A stretch of DNA of 64,000 nucleotides from Azolla caroliniana (GCA_043228905.1 JBHGNT010000022.1:11718001-11782000); one strand, 5' to 3'; counted from the first letter of the stretch, positions 38,101-52,000 are shown. The notes: a model not told the origin generated them from the sequence alone. A program made the numbers and translations.

Positions 38101-40999
38101 TCCAGGAAAGAAATGTAGGGCATCCATATTACATAGGGTTTAGAGACGTCCTTTTCTCAAGAAGAGCATCCTGGCGTCCTTTCTTGGCACCCTCTTGAGC
38201 TCTCATTTTTCTTTTCAAGAACAAATCCTTCCTAGCATACTTATGCATCCTATGTTCCTTGACCAACTTTTTAGAATTTTGGATTATCAAAGGGTTTTGT
38301 GTAACTGTAAATTGAAATCCAGCATGAATGTGCTCTTTGTTCATTTCCATATTCCTTGGTTATCCTTTAGACTTGTCTGAATCCACTTGTAGATTAGAGG
38401 CAACTTTTTCTTTAAACTTATTGGATAAATCCGAATTAGTAGACATAACCAAAGTTTGTTGTTGATTCTCAGTTATTTTTAATGGTGGTTGTCCTACCAC
38501 CAACTTTGGAAAGGATGTATCAAACTGAATAGAGTTTTGAACTATCTTCTGTGACGAAGAATCTGACTTGAGTTTTTGAGGAGGGTGGAATGATGAGTGA
38601 CCCCCATTATTCAACTCTTGTGAACTTTCCTCTTCCATTTGGAGGGCATTATATGTATTCCGCAAGGGAGGGAATTCTTGCATATTGTTGATTAACACTT
38701 GTGTAGGTTTATTTAGAGATACACATGGAGGTGTCTTCTTATGCTCCACTGTGGTCCAACCCTCGGTCCTATTCTTATATGGAACTATGGTTGTGTTAGG
38801 TGTATGTTTGTTAATCTCTTCCTTAAATTTCGGGCAATATTTTGCCAAATGACCAAACCCAAAACAACGGATACATTGGTTCGGCAAACCCCTATACAAG
38901 ATTTTCTAAGAATAAGGAGCCTGTAGAGGGTCAAGTATATTGGGCAACAAAATGTTTGAGGGCAAACTTGTAGACTTAGAAATCAAAAGCTTAGCAAATG
39001 CAGCCCCTAGATACTTATCTTTAATCTGGCGTGGTCTTTCATAAATTTCTAGAACCGTACCAATAGTGGTAGCAATCACATGCATAGAAGGCAACCATTC
39101 TTTTCGTAAGTTAGGAAAAAAAACCACACATGTTTGATATGAATCAAAATCATGATGCACCTGTTTTGCGGAAAATTTGTGACTCCACTTGTGAAAAGAG
39201 ATCCAACCTCCCTTGACTGCTACTGCTTTCTTCTCCAACAAAATTGGTGAGATGTACGTTCCGACTCGAACACTAATTGGTAGTAATTTCTGCCAAGTAT
39301 TTGTACATCTATAATGTTGTCAAGATCCTGTTTCAAAGCAGCTTGAAGCAACAAACGGAGATCATCTCGTGTAGGACGAAGACCCAAGACATGCGCAATG
39401 ATAGTCTTCTTCTCCAAACGTTGAATCTCTTGTACAATCCGTGTTCGATCTTGTTCCGACAACTTGAGCTCTATTGCACTGTCCGAAATGGGTGGAATAT
39501 CCAGGTTAGTTGCACGGGAGCCCCGGTCAAATTGTTCGCAATGGCGTGGCAATCGCTCCTGATTGGCGGATGTGGCGATGAAGGTTGAAGAGGATTTAGA
39601 GGGACTGGCCATAGATGATGCCTTGATTTCAACAACCACTGATCTGTTTTCGGCTATTGTGCCAGGCACAACAACAGAGACTGGACAGCCGAGAGATATG
39701 TGGCCAACAATCGAGCCATATCCAATGGGAGATGATCCGGTTGCGGCGGCAATTTGGGCGGTAGAAGATGTGGTTGTAGGTTGCGCGACTGTGTTCATCG
39801 CCTTCTTCCTATGTAATGTACTTTGTACTTCCAGATCAAGGAGGTATTCATTGTTATTGTTAGTCTTGGATATTTTTATTTTTGTTATATATAAAAACTG
39901 GTTATTATTATTATTATACTTACTTCATTAACTAATTAGTTAAGTTAATATTGTTGTTTTTAATCTTTATTTATTATTTTATTAAATTACTATTACTTAA
40001 CTATTATTAATTCGTATATCTAGCTAGTTATTATTTATGCTTCTTTTTTTTTTAGATTCTTATATATATATATATATATATATATAGTTTGTCGGTGGAG
40101 TGTTGGGTGACGTCGATGATGACATTAATGAAGGTGCCAAATCGGTGGTGGCCATGAAGGGTGAGTGGCGGTTGGTGGTGGTAGCAACATCAGGCGGGCC
40201 TGGAGAAGGAGGAGGAGCTAGCAACATACAGGCCTTTGACCCTGAGGATCATATTCGAAAGGTCGAATGTCTAAATTTACGTAACTTTGTGTCCCAAGCT
40301 CGAAATTTTGATGTGATCCTTGTGGTGAAGTCTTTGTATCAAATACTCAAACAAGAATATTTTATTATAATTTTTTAAGCAATAGTATGTTTAAAAGAGT
40401 ATGAAAGTACAACGAGAAAATTCTCGACACCATTAACATGGAGTGAACAAGAGATAGAAGAAGGATAGGAAGAATATAGGGGTAAATAGAGAGGGTAAGA
40501 TCACGAGTAGAGCTCCAGGGGGAAATCTTCGAGCATTAGTACGACGTCTCAACTAACAACGGCCACGTAGCCTTTTGTCATCATTGATCTTGCATGCCCT
40601 CTTGATTCAGTGGCGCTTCCACCTTGTCTCTAACTCCCCGCTTGCTATTTTATAAATATTCTACTATGAACTAGCCCACTAGCTGAAACTTCCAAATGTG
40701 ATACCATCAAATGTGCTTTAAAGGCTACCTTATGGTTTGAAATCATCCTTGAAAACAATTACACCAAACACAATTTTATTAAGACCAATGGAACCCATCT
40801 TGTACTTTATATATGTATTTCATCAACCGGGATTTGTGGTATATTTGAAAACATAAGGAAATCAAAAGGTTAAGTTTTGTGATTCTTTATCTTGAAGAGT
40901 AGAAGCTATATATTTTTCTAATGTCATGCATTTCTTGTTGCCATGTTTGTGTAGGCAATTGTACCTTATTCATTAGGAATGCCTTTTTCTAAATTCATG

Positions 41000-41440
41000 A
41001 ACTTGTTCGGGAACTATTTCATTCCACACTACTATTCAATATTAGTTCACTCTAAGTTTTCTATGTTCAATTCTCTTCACACATTACATGCGCGATTACT
41101 TAAAGGGTTGGTTCACACTTGATTCCCACATGTAATGAATCCTCCCATGCAATACACTTCAGTGTTCACACGTGACAAGGTCAATAATTATTGACATTTA
41201 AAAGCGGATGCCCACATGGATTTCTCTTCACGCATGGCACAATCAATTATTTAAAGGTGGATGTATGCTGACATACTCAATGGCCACATGGATTGCTCTT
41301 CACACACATGGCACAATCAATATCCAAAGATAGGTGGCCACATGGATTGGTCTCCATACATGGCACAAATTAGTTATTTAATGGTTAGTTCACGCTTGAT
41401 GGCCACCTGAAATGCGCTTCACATATGCCATGCTTGATGG
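41000..41440. repeat. Degenerate tandem repeats with GGCCACATGGATT / CATGGCACAA cores
   Basis: Cores recur about every 55-75 bp (e.g. 41210, 41282, 41335, 41401). Confidence 0.6.
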
Positions 41441-41980
41441 ATGTTTCTTAAGAGAAAACAAACTCATTCATTACATTCACGACCCCAACAAAATATCAAG
41501 ATTTATGCTAAGTAATATCTACTTATGTGAAGTAGATTACATATATTCACTGTAGGGTAAAAACAGGTAGAGTGAATAGTGAAAGACGAGGTTAATGTTA
41601 TAAATCCAACAATGAATATTTTGTAAGGGTACATGTTGTCGAGCAAGAAGATTAGGGGTATTGATTGTTTGATGTTGGATTGCATAGCAAACAAGGGGTA
41701 TTTTTGTGAAGAACATGTGAACTCTTCTAAGCAAAGAGACTTCAAGGTTGGGGCATAAGAGAGTTTCTTTCACTTATGCCTTCTTGAAGGGAAGCAACCA
41801 AAGGATACAAAAGACAAATTACAACGTGAGCTAAGACGACGAGCATCATGTACTATGTTTAACTCTTTATGTAACCTCATGTGTTATAGAATGGTCTCTA
41901 ATAATTTGTAATCTATTGCCTATCGATATGGTGATTGGTTTAGCATGATGTCTCCACGCTACTAATTACCCATCCTCCTC

Positions 41981-42367
41981 ACCATGTACTAGTGACACCA
42001 ATTTTAGGGCAACCGGTCCATTGAATTAGAAAAAGTTCCAATTAGGGGCCTTCGTTTAAACCGAATCTTGAAGCAAGTGAAGGTCAAAGCTACTCGAGCT
42101 TTCAAAGGTTCACGACAGTAGACATAGACACACAAAGAGACTAGGAGTCGGCAATGGCTCGGCTCAAGCCTAAACCATGTACTAGTGACACCAATTGGAG
42201 GACAACCGGTCCATCAGATTAGAAGAAGTTCCGATCAGGGGCCTTCGTTTAACCCGAATCTCAAAGCAAGTGAAGATCAAAACTACTCAAGCTTTCAAAG
42301 GTTCACGGGAGCAAACGGAGACACACAAAGAGACTAGGAGTCGGCAACGACTTGGCTCAAGCCTAAA
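41981..42367. repeat. Tandem duplication, 2 x 193 bp
   Basis: ACCATGTACTAGTGACACCAATT at 41981 and 42174, similar throughout. Confidence 0.9.
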
Positions 42368-42636
42368 CTGAGTAGTTAAAACCGTTTCTAAATGGGTTGA
42401 CAGTTCGGTTTGGTTCCATTCAGGTGTGAGGTTCCCAAATTGGTTCGAGCTCGGTTTGGCAAGGCTCAAACTAAACCGAACTGTTTTGGGGTTGAATTGC
42501 CTTGCCAAACCGAGCTCGAACCGTTTTGGGGTTGAATCGATTTAGCCTAACCGGTTTCTAAATTGGTTTGGCCAAACTGGCTAAGCCTAACCGGTTTAAG
42601 AACCGGTTCGACTTAAGTTTGAAACCTTCCAAACCC

Positions 42637-42637
<1 letters not shown>

Positions 42638-42710
<73 letters not shown>
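42638..42710. repeat. Compound (TG)n(AG)n microsatellite upstream of the gene
   Basis: Directly visible. Confidence 0.95.
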
Positions 42711-42712
<2 letters not shown>

Positions 42713-43051
42713 AAAACAAGATGTACTCTTTCTCTTCTCTTACTAATTATTTATGTTGAAATTACAAAACTGTCCCAACAGAAACCAGGTGGTTTTCAGC
42801 TGACTTACTATTTCCCTGCACAAAACCAGGAAAATGGTGGCACCACAAAACCAGGTGGTTTTGACAGACAGACAGACCAGGCAGGCATGGTGATGGAACC
42901 TTCACAGTTTAGAAGAACAGTTAGAAGATCATCATCATCATCATCATCCTGTCATTCCTCTGTCGTGAAGCTCTCCATCCATGGCTGATTAGAGCTACAC
43001 CATCACCACCACCACAGAAGAAGAAGAAGAATCGAGAAAGATCCCAAGCTT

Positions 43052-46000
43052 ATGGAAACCGCTGCTGCTGCTGCGTGCATCCCTCCTCTCCTTCAGATTT
43101 CTCCTCCCCCTCAGTCTCTCCTTTCTCCACCTCCAGATCAGAAGCAGCAGCAGATCCAGTCCTCCATTCCACCTGTTTTAGATGCGATCTTGGATGATGA
43201 CGATGATTTTGAACTCACATTCAGCCTTGATATGAAGCAAAGAGCAGCAGCAGAAGCTCTGGTAAGTCTATTCCCTCCTTCCTCCTTCCTTCTTTCTTCT
43301 TCTTCTTCTTCTTCTTTCTTCTTATTTAATCTCTGATCATTTTAGCTTGTGCATGGAGCTTCAAGCCATTTTTTCTTCTATCTTCATCTTGTTCTTTGGT
43401 CCCTTGTATTTACACCTTCTGTTGGGTTTATGAACGTTTGTTCCTTAGTTTCCATATTTGATCTGTCGCATTAATTCCATTTTATCTCATTCTTTGCTTT
43501 CTGACATCACCTTCTGGCATCATTGAATTGTTTCATTTGATCTATGCTACCTTACCTTTTGCTAGCCTTGCAACTGCTTTCGTTCTGTAATCGTTATTAC
43601 CTTATGTGTGCCTCACTACTGTTTCCCTATTACTTTTCGTTCTTATCGCCTTCTTTGATCACTGATATTACTTCTATAATTTTTAAAGTGTCTCATCATT
43701 TTATCTTCTTTGATCTCTGCATTTTACATTCTCTAAGCTTTACATGTATTCATGAGAGTTTTTTCTGGAAGCTTTAAAACAGTTTTTTTCCTAGATCTCA
43801 CGAACTTTTATTCCTTTTTTTTGTAGGAGAAAACTCGCCATGCTCTTCGGAGTGAAGAATACCGACAACTTTTCCATTTGCCACCAGAAGAGGTAGAACT
43901 AATTTTGTGCTTTTATGATGCACTTTTCATTTTTCTTAACTTCAAATTTTTCTTTTGGCTCTGCATTACCTCTTTCATTTCTTGTGCCTCTTGCAAGATG
44001 CACATAATCCTGCCGTGTTTTCTCATTATTTGATGATAGAATGAAGGTTGAACTTAATGTATTTACTATTGAAGTGATAGCATGGGAGAGCTTGGAAAAA
44101 CTTTTTAAACCTGTTATATTACCAAGGTAGAGTTTTTGTGTATTTGAACGAGAGGGATCAGAAAAGTTTGTGAATGCGTTAAAATATCAAGGTACACAAA
44201 ATATCAAGGTACACAATGTGAATTTGAAAACGTCTGGACAGTAATTTGCTAAACCTTTTAAACGTGTTAAAATATCAATGTAGACCAAAATGGATTTGAA
44301 TGAATTGATCAGAAATTTTCTTGAAGCATTTAAGCTTGCTGAAAAACCTGAGATACAGCCAGATTTTGTGCTATTGGTCAGGATTGCTGTTGATTTGAGG
44401 CTCTCTTAACTGTGTGTAGTATCCCAAACTCCTCTTTGCATTGGCGGTGTTTTCTAATCATGTCATGCACTTGACATCTGTATATGTAGCATCTTTTAAA
44501 GAATTATCATCATATATTGCTTCAGTTTCTGTACTTTGTAAAGGTTTTCCTCATTCTATGCCTCCGATGTTGTGTTCAATATTCTTCTTTACAATTAGGA
44601 GTTTTTATGATATAGAGCACACATCACAATTGAATGTTTTTATCTTGAATCACTCTCTCTCAGGCCCCAAAGGAGTTCAGGTGAAACATTTGGCCAAAAT
44701 GTTCATATATACAAACCTATTACATACCATTGTTACATCACACCTGCTTCTGCCTTTTGAGACACTGAGATTTTTTTTTGCGCGATTTGTCTGCATTTTC
44801 AGGCATTGTCCTGGCCAAAGGCTCTCTATTTTCTCTGGAAATACAAAATAAAGACAACAAACCAACAAAAAAAATCTGTTTAAGGTCGTCTTTTTCATGG
44901 GGTTTTGTAGGTGCTGCTTAATGATTCAGGTGTATTATTACACAGTAATCCCTCATTAGATTCCTATAAGTTATGACAGCAGAAGAGGTTCACTGTATGA
45001 GTGTTCATTGCATGCATTAATAGTAGGTCTAAGAGTGGGAAATATTAGAAAGACTTTGATAAATTATAATACCAATACAAAAGGGTGTATCTTGGTGATG
45101 CAGGTGCTTATTCAAGATTTTAATTGTGCACTTCAGAAAAAAATTCTTCTTCAGGTGTGCAAAAGCCAAATCTTTTGTATTTGTTGAGAAGTTTCAGTCA
45201 ATTGACTTGGGAAATGGTTTGAATATGCAGGGCCATATGTACTTATTTGAGCATTATGTCTGCTTCTACTCAAATATTTTTGGATATGAAAAGAAAGTAA
45301 GTGTCAGCATTTCTTGAACACCAAATAATGTATACATGTTTTTGATGTTCGTCATTAATATCTAACACACTCAAAATTCTTGGAAAATGGGAAATGATCA
45401 CATGACATACTGTAAACTGTTCTTGAAATCATCCATTTTCTTTTGTTTTCCCATCTTTCTCTTATTGCACCTTCAATCTCTTTAGGGTTATTTTTTGTAA
45501 CTTGTTTATTCTTGTTTTAGTACTTTCAGAAAGATCCTTTGCTTTCCACATTGCCAAAGTATCTATATAACAATTCCCGAGGTTCTTATCTTTTGATTGT
45601 GGCTTATGGTGCATCAATTCCTTAAGTTTGGAACAATGGCTTATCAAAGTAGGTTCAATGAATTATAAATTGATCTTCTGGAATTCCTTTTTTCATTATT
45701 TTGGCATGTAGTATCCCGCCTCTCTTCCCTCATCGTAGACAGTTCTTCAATGTCCATGTGCTCTTGAGGACATTAGAGCCAAGCTTGGAAAAGAGAGAAA
45801 GCCTCCTTACCACATGAAAGAAGGCTTGCTTCCATGATTGCACTACTGAAGGAATTCCAAGAAAGTCACCAGGTGTGCTTAGACTGTTATTTTGATGATG
45901 ATTTTCTCACATGCTCTGTGAGAAAAGCTGTTAATAGCAGCAGCGGAAGACTTAAAACAAAATAGGCACAGCCAAGCTGTGAGAAGGCTGTTAGACAGCA

Positions 46001-49000
46001 GTAGAAAAAATGGTTGCAAAGAGTAGAGACACAGCCAAGGAATAGAGCTTGTTTTAAGTAGCAAAAAAGAAAATGAAAACTTATACAAAAGAGGCTGGTA
46101 TAGCCTATTTATACAAAATTGGGGAATGTGGGTGAAATGGCTGTTTGGTAGTTAAGTGACTCTTGTACTACCAAACAGGTACAAAAAACTAGGAATATCT
46201 TGGAAAAGGTAGAAGAGAGAAAAGGCATTTAAAGAGTTGCAGATTCTAGAGAGAGAAAAATCTGAGAAAAGAGAGAATGTAGTACAGAGATAATAAATAT
46301 GAAAGAGAGTGCAGGTCTGGAGCTGCCACCCTCCAACACCTCTCTCAGCTCCAGAACGGCCATCAAACATTGAGTCGACCGAGGAGCTGATTAATGGCAT
46401 GCCTTGGAAGCGGGAAATATATATATATATATAGAGAGAGAGAGATTGTTGTCAACTTAACAGTTCTGAAACCCAAGAGAGAGAAAGAAGCTATCAATTT
46501 TGTCATGCCAAGCTTTGGGAGCTTGCTTTAAGCCATACAAGGCTTTGTGTAACCTGTAGACCATGTTTTTCTGCTCTAAAATCTCGAAACCTGGAGGCTG
46601 TTCAACATAAACCTCCTCTTTCAAGTCACCGTTAAGGAAGGCTGACTTGACATCCATTTGAAAAATGGCCCATTTGTTGTGAGCGGCAAGTGCAAGCGCA
46701 CATCGGATAGATGTGTACCTTGCTGTTGGAGCAAAAGTTTCCTCATAATCCACTCCTTCAACTTGTGAGTAGCCTTTTGCCACTAAACGTGCCTTGTGCT
46801 TATCCAAAGTACCATCAGCATGGTATTTGGTCTTGAAAATCCATTTCAATCCAATGACTTGTCGATGTGGAGGTCGTGGGACCAGTTCCCATGTATGATT
46901 CCACTCAATGGAATCAAGTTCAACTTCCATTGCTGCTTTCCACTTTGGAAGAACAAGGGCCTCTTTTGCTGTTGTGGGTTCTTTTGATTGCACAACAGTG
47001 CACAATAAGGCAAAGTTGCATGAGTGAAGAGGCCGTTGTGACTTACGTGTTCGAGAACCAGATGTATACTCATGAAGTTCAGCATCGGAGAGATGAGAAT
47101 CACGAATGGTGGCTTGAAGCCACTTGGGAAGTGGTGGAAGCTGGTTTGTAGAGGGAGTGGAAACAAGTGGAGTTGAGGGAGAGGTTTGAATTGTTGGCGA
47201 AGTTAGAGATTGAGTAGGAGGAGATGGGGGGCTTGAAGATGAGACATCTTCGTCTAAAATAGGAGATTCCGGAGGAGCTTGGATTTCAACCATGAACTCA
47301 GGTAAAATCCTAGAGTCATCTGGCTGAGACTCCACAAAATGAACATCCCTAGATATTGTTGAAATTCCGTGCTCGGCCACAACCGAGGAACAGGATCGAT
47401 TCGCAGAAAACGGGAAATACAAGAATGCACGAAGAACAACAGAGAGAAGAGCACACAGGATGTTTACGTGGAAAACCCTAAATGGGAAAAAACCACGGGA
47501 GTCCTCTAACTCCAACTATCACTATACACAGAGATGTACAATGGTGAGGCTACAAGGCAACAACCTTGAGCTCGCTGTCCTCGCCACAGGCGGCGGTATT
47601 ACACAGAGGCGTCGACCTCTTCCTTCCTCTTTCTCTCTCTCACTCTCGCTCGGCTGCTCTCACTTCGCTCCCTCTTCTTGGAAAACAGAAAATGAGCAAC
47701 AACAACAAACTGTTTGCCCTAAGTCATATTTATACACATATGACTTTTGGGCTATTTACAAATATAGCCTCAAGGGCTCTTGGCAAACATATTCACAAAT
47801 ATGTCCCCGCATCCGGATCTCTCTCCGGGTACATTCGTCATCCGGCTCCGTAACCGGGGTCTTCAGCATCCGGCTCCGTAACCGGGGTCTTCATCATCCG
47901 GCTCCGTAACCGGGGTCTTCATCATCCGGCTCCGTATCCGGGTACTCTTTATCCTGCTTCATGCCGGGTACTCTTCATCATCCGGTTCCGTAACCGCAAC
48001 CGGGCTTGCCGTCATTCATCTCCGGACATCCCATCCGGAGGGACCGAAATCCCAACAAACTCCCCCTTCACTTCGGCATGGGATGTCTCTCCAATCCGAC
48101 TCTCTTCCGGCACGCTCCCAGCTTGTCGGGTGTGAGCACTTTGGTCAGCATATCCGACCCGTTCTCGTCCGTGTGGACCTTCGTCAGCACGAACTCCTTG
48201 TCTTCTATCCTTTCCCGGATCCAGTGATATCTTCGCTGGATGTGCTTCGTCCGGGAGTGATAGGCCGCGTTCTTCGCAAGGTGGATGGCACTCTGACTGT
48301 CGCAGTAGAGTCGGTACTCCTCCTGCTGGATACCGAGCTCTCTAATGAAGTCCTTCATCCATATTATTTCTTTGCCGGCTTCAACAGCCGCCATGTACTC
48401 CGCCTCCGTGGTTGACAACGCAACCGTCTTCTGCAGCCTCGACTGCCACGAAACAGCTCCCCCTGCATACGTCATCACATACCCTGATGTGGACCGGCTG
48501 GTATCTGCATCAGCCGACATATCCGAATCGGTGAAACCGTCGAGTTCGGGTTTACCGGAGCCGAATCGGAGGCACACATTCGCTGTGCCCTTCAGGTATC
48601 GGAGTATCCACTTGACCGCGTTCCAGTGCTCTTTGCCGGGATTGCTCATGTACCGGCTCACCACTCCGACTGCATATCCGATGTCCGGTCTCGTACATAC
48701 CATGGCGTACATCAAGCTCCCGACGGCTGAGGCATATGGTACTTTCATCATATCCTCCTTTTCAGCCTTTGTCTTGGGGCTTTGCTTGCTGGACAGCTTG
48801 CAGTTTGCCGGGAGGGTCGATCCGACCGGTCTTGCCTCCGACATGTTGAACCGGTGAAGCACCTTCGTCACGTACTTCTCCTGTGACAGCCACAACTGCT
48901 TCTTCTTCCGGTCCCGGATGATGTGCATCCCTAGTATTTGCCTCGCCGGACCCAAATCCTTCATTGAGAAGGTTCGGTGAAGAGCCTTCTTCAGCATCCG

Positions 49001-52000
49001 TATCTTGACCTGGTCCCGTCCGACGATCAACATGTCGTCCACGTACAGGAGGAGTATTAGGAAGTCTCCTCCTTCAAACTTCTTCACAAACACGCAGTGG
49101 TCGGACTGCGTTTTGAGGTACCCTTCGTCGGTCATGAAGGAGTCGAACTTCCGGTACCATTGCCGGGGAGCCTGCTTCAGTCCGTAAAGGCTCTTCTTCA
49201 ACCGGCATACCAGGTGCTCCTTCCCTTTCTTCTCGAATCCTTCCGGTTGCTGCATGTAGATTTCTTCTTCGAGGTCACCGTGAAGGAATGCTGTCTTCAC
49301 GTCCATCTGTTCTACCTCGAGGTCCATGCTTGCCGCTATGCTCAGCACCGTCCGGATGGAGGTCATCTTCACTACCGGGGCAAATATCTCGTCGAAGTCG
49401 ACGCCCTTCTTTTGCTGGAACCCCTTCACCACGATCCTGGCTTTGTATCTCGTGGGGTTTCCGGCATCTCCCGGTTTCAGCTTGAACACCCACTTGTTTC
49501 GAAGTGCCCGCTTTCCTTTCGGCAACTCCACAAGTTCATATGTGTGGTTCTCATGCAGGGAATCCATCTCGTCCTGCATGGCACTCAACCACCTGCGGCT
49601 CTGGGTGTCATGCTTTGCTTCTTCAAAGCTCTCCGGCTCCCCTTCGTCGGTTAGCAGCACGTGCTCTGGTTCCGGAAATCTCCGGGGGGCTCTCCTCTCT
49701 CTTAGAGGATATCTCCGTTCGGGAGCTTCGGTAACCGGTTCTTCCGATTCTTCTTCTTCATCCGAATCCATTTCGGGATCGGGGCCGGTTCCGGTATCAT
49801 TTTCATCTTCTTCGGCCGGTTCTATTTCTTCACCGTCTTCGGCCGGATCCTCGAGTGTTAACCGGTCCCTTGCCGGTCGGGACTGCTCCTCGTAGAGTTG
49901 ATCCTCACCGATCGACTTGGAGCTCTTCATCTTCTTCTCCGACTCCCAGTCGGCGAGTGTCTTGTCCTCCATGAAGATGATGTCTCGACTCCTGAATATC
50001 TTCTTGTCGACCGGGTCCCATACTCGGTAGCCGAACTCGTTGTCGCCGTAACCGAGGAATATGCATGGCCGGGTCTTAGGATCTAGCTTTCCTCTCCGGT
50101 CCTTTGCCACATGCACGTATGCGAGACACCCGAACACCTTCAGATGCCGGTAGGACACTTCCTTACCGGTCCACACTCTCTGCGGCGTGTCTCCGTCCAA
50201 AGGAACTGAGGGTGATCTGTTTATCACATATGTCGCCGTCGACATTGCCTCAGCCCAAAACCCCTTGGGTAATTTCGCATGCGCCAGCATACTCCGGACC
50301 CGCTCCATTATGGTCCGGTTCATCCTCTCGGCCAGCCCGTTCAGTTCCGGCGTCTTCGGCACAGTAAACTCGAGCCGGATTCCCTTCGAGCGACAGTACT
50401 CCTGGAACTGCCCCCGGTATTCCCCTCCGTTATCCGCTCGTATCGCTTTCAGCTTCTTGCCGGATTCTCTTTCCACTCTCGCGTGGAGTTCTTTGAAGAC
50501 GGACAACACTTGGTCCTTTGTCTTCAACGGCGCCGTCCACAGCTTCCGGCTATGATCATCGATGAATGTTACGAAGTACTGGGCTCCGCCATGTGACTTC
50601 GTCTCTACCTGACACACGTCAGTGTGCACCAACTCCAATGGTGCGCTACGTCTCGTCGGTGGCCTTGAGTGGAAGGAGGTTCGGTTCTGCTTACCGGCCA
50701 GGCAATCGGTGCACTTCTCCAGGTGCACATGCTTCACTGGAATGAGGTTGTCTTCTGCAAGCCTCTTCATCCCCTTCTCACTCATGTGGCACAGTCTTTT
50801 GTGCCACAGCTCACCGGCAGTGTCGGCTGCCACATTCAGCTCTTCCAGACATAGCCGGGAATTCATCAGGTACAGTGTGTTGACCTTCCGGGCCCGAGCC
50901 ACTATCAGGCTCCCCTTGCTGAACTTCATGACACCGTTCCGGATGCTACCCGTGTAGCCTTCATCATCTAGCCTCCCGGCCGAGATCAGGTTCAATCGGA
51001 CCTCCGGAACGTGTCGCACATCCTTCAACAGCATCTTGCATCCGGTTGATGTCATCAGCCACACGTCTCCTATGCCGGCTATCCGGCACGTACCTTCATT
51101 TCCCATCCGGACACAGCCGTGCTCACCGGCTGTGTAGGATGAGAAGTATTTCTTCTCCGGGGTCAGGTGGAACGACGCTCCGGAATCGACCACCCAGGTC
51201 ATCTCTACACCGGCAAGGTTCAGCTCCCTCTCTTCGGTAATAAGCATTATCTCTTCTTCACTTGCCGCAAGTGCCGTCGTTCCTTTCCGGTCCTGCCCTC
51301 GCCGATCCGGACCTCTCCGGTCCGTGGCTCCCCGGTATGCACCGTTTCTCTCCGGTGATTTCTTCGAATCGGTGTCGTCGGCTCCGTTGTCCTTTCGGTA
51401 ATGCCGACAATTCTTCCGGAAGTGCCCCGGCTTCCCACAGTGGAAGCATGTTGGCCTTCCTCTTGACTGCGACCGGGTCCCCGACTTCTCCCGTCTTTGC
51501 GGACTCCGGTTCCACTGTCTTCCCCGATCCGATTCGGTAAGCAGCGCCTTCGAGTCGGAGACCGGTTCTTTATCTCTCCGACGCGCTTCTTCATTCAGAA
51601 TACTTGTCTTTACCGTTTGTAGGGACAAGTTATCTTCGGTGCAGGAGGTGATGAGAGTCACCACCAAGTTCTCCCAGCTGTCCGGCAATGTACACATCAG
51701 GATGATGGCTTGCATTGCATCCTCCAACGGGAACTTGATCGCCGCAAGCTGGTTCACGAATCCCATGAACGTGCTTACGTGTTCCACCATACTCTCGCCG
51801 TCCCGGTACTTGAGGTTCACTATCTTCCTCATCAGGGAGGTCCGGTTCAACGCATTCTTCCTCTCATAGAGGCCCGACAGCTTCTTCCACATCTCATAGG
51901 CGTTCGTATCGTTCGCCACATGTTGCAGGACACTTACATCGACATATTGCCGGATCGTCGCTACGGCTTTCCGGTTCAGGAGCTTCCACTCCGACTCAAG

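Larger units (their letters stand above)
32120..39849 (-). mobile_element. Full-length L1-clade LINE, decayed ORFs, hosting element G
   Basis: Poly(A) tail at 32120-32128. TSD ATTGTTATTGTTAGTC at 32104-32119 and 39850-39865. ORF1 from 39798 with CIRCFGFGHLAKYC knuckle. ORF2 from ~38134: EN (FLSWNVQGLG, VGGDFN, SDHDP), RT (LLDFEKTYD, SVRQGCPLAP, EFADD), C-terminal HALWSCP region. Confidence 0.93.

Noticed and set aside
40087-40700. GC-richer segment with ORF 40100-40378
   Set aside because: No domain, splice structure or termini that I can support.
42638-42886. ORF beginning MCVCVC..ERERER (and similar at 6429-6747)
   Set aside because: Translation of microsatellites. Only the ATG-initiated part from 42887 is kept as a uORF candidate.
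47839-47992. CRISPR-like array of 28-bp repeats (also the 40-bp repeats at 63534)
   Set aside because: Head-to-tail repeats with no unique spacers, eukaryotic context, no cas genes.
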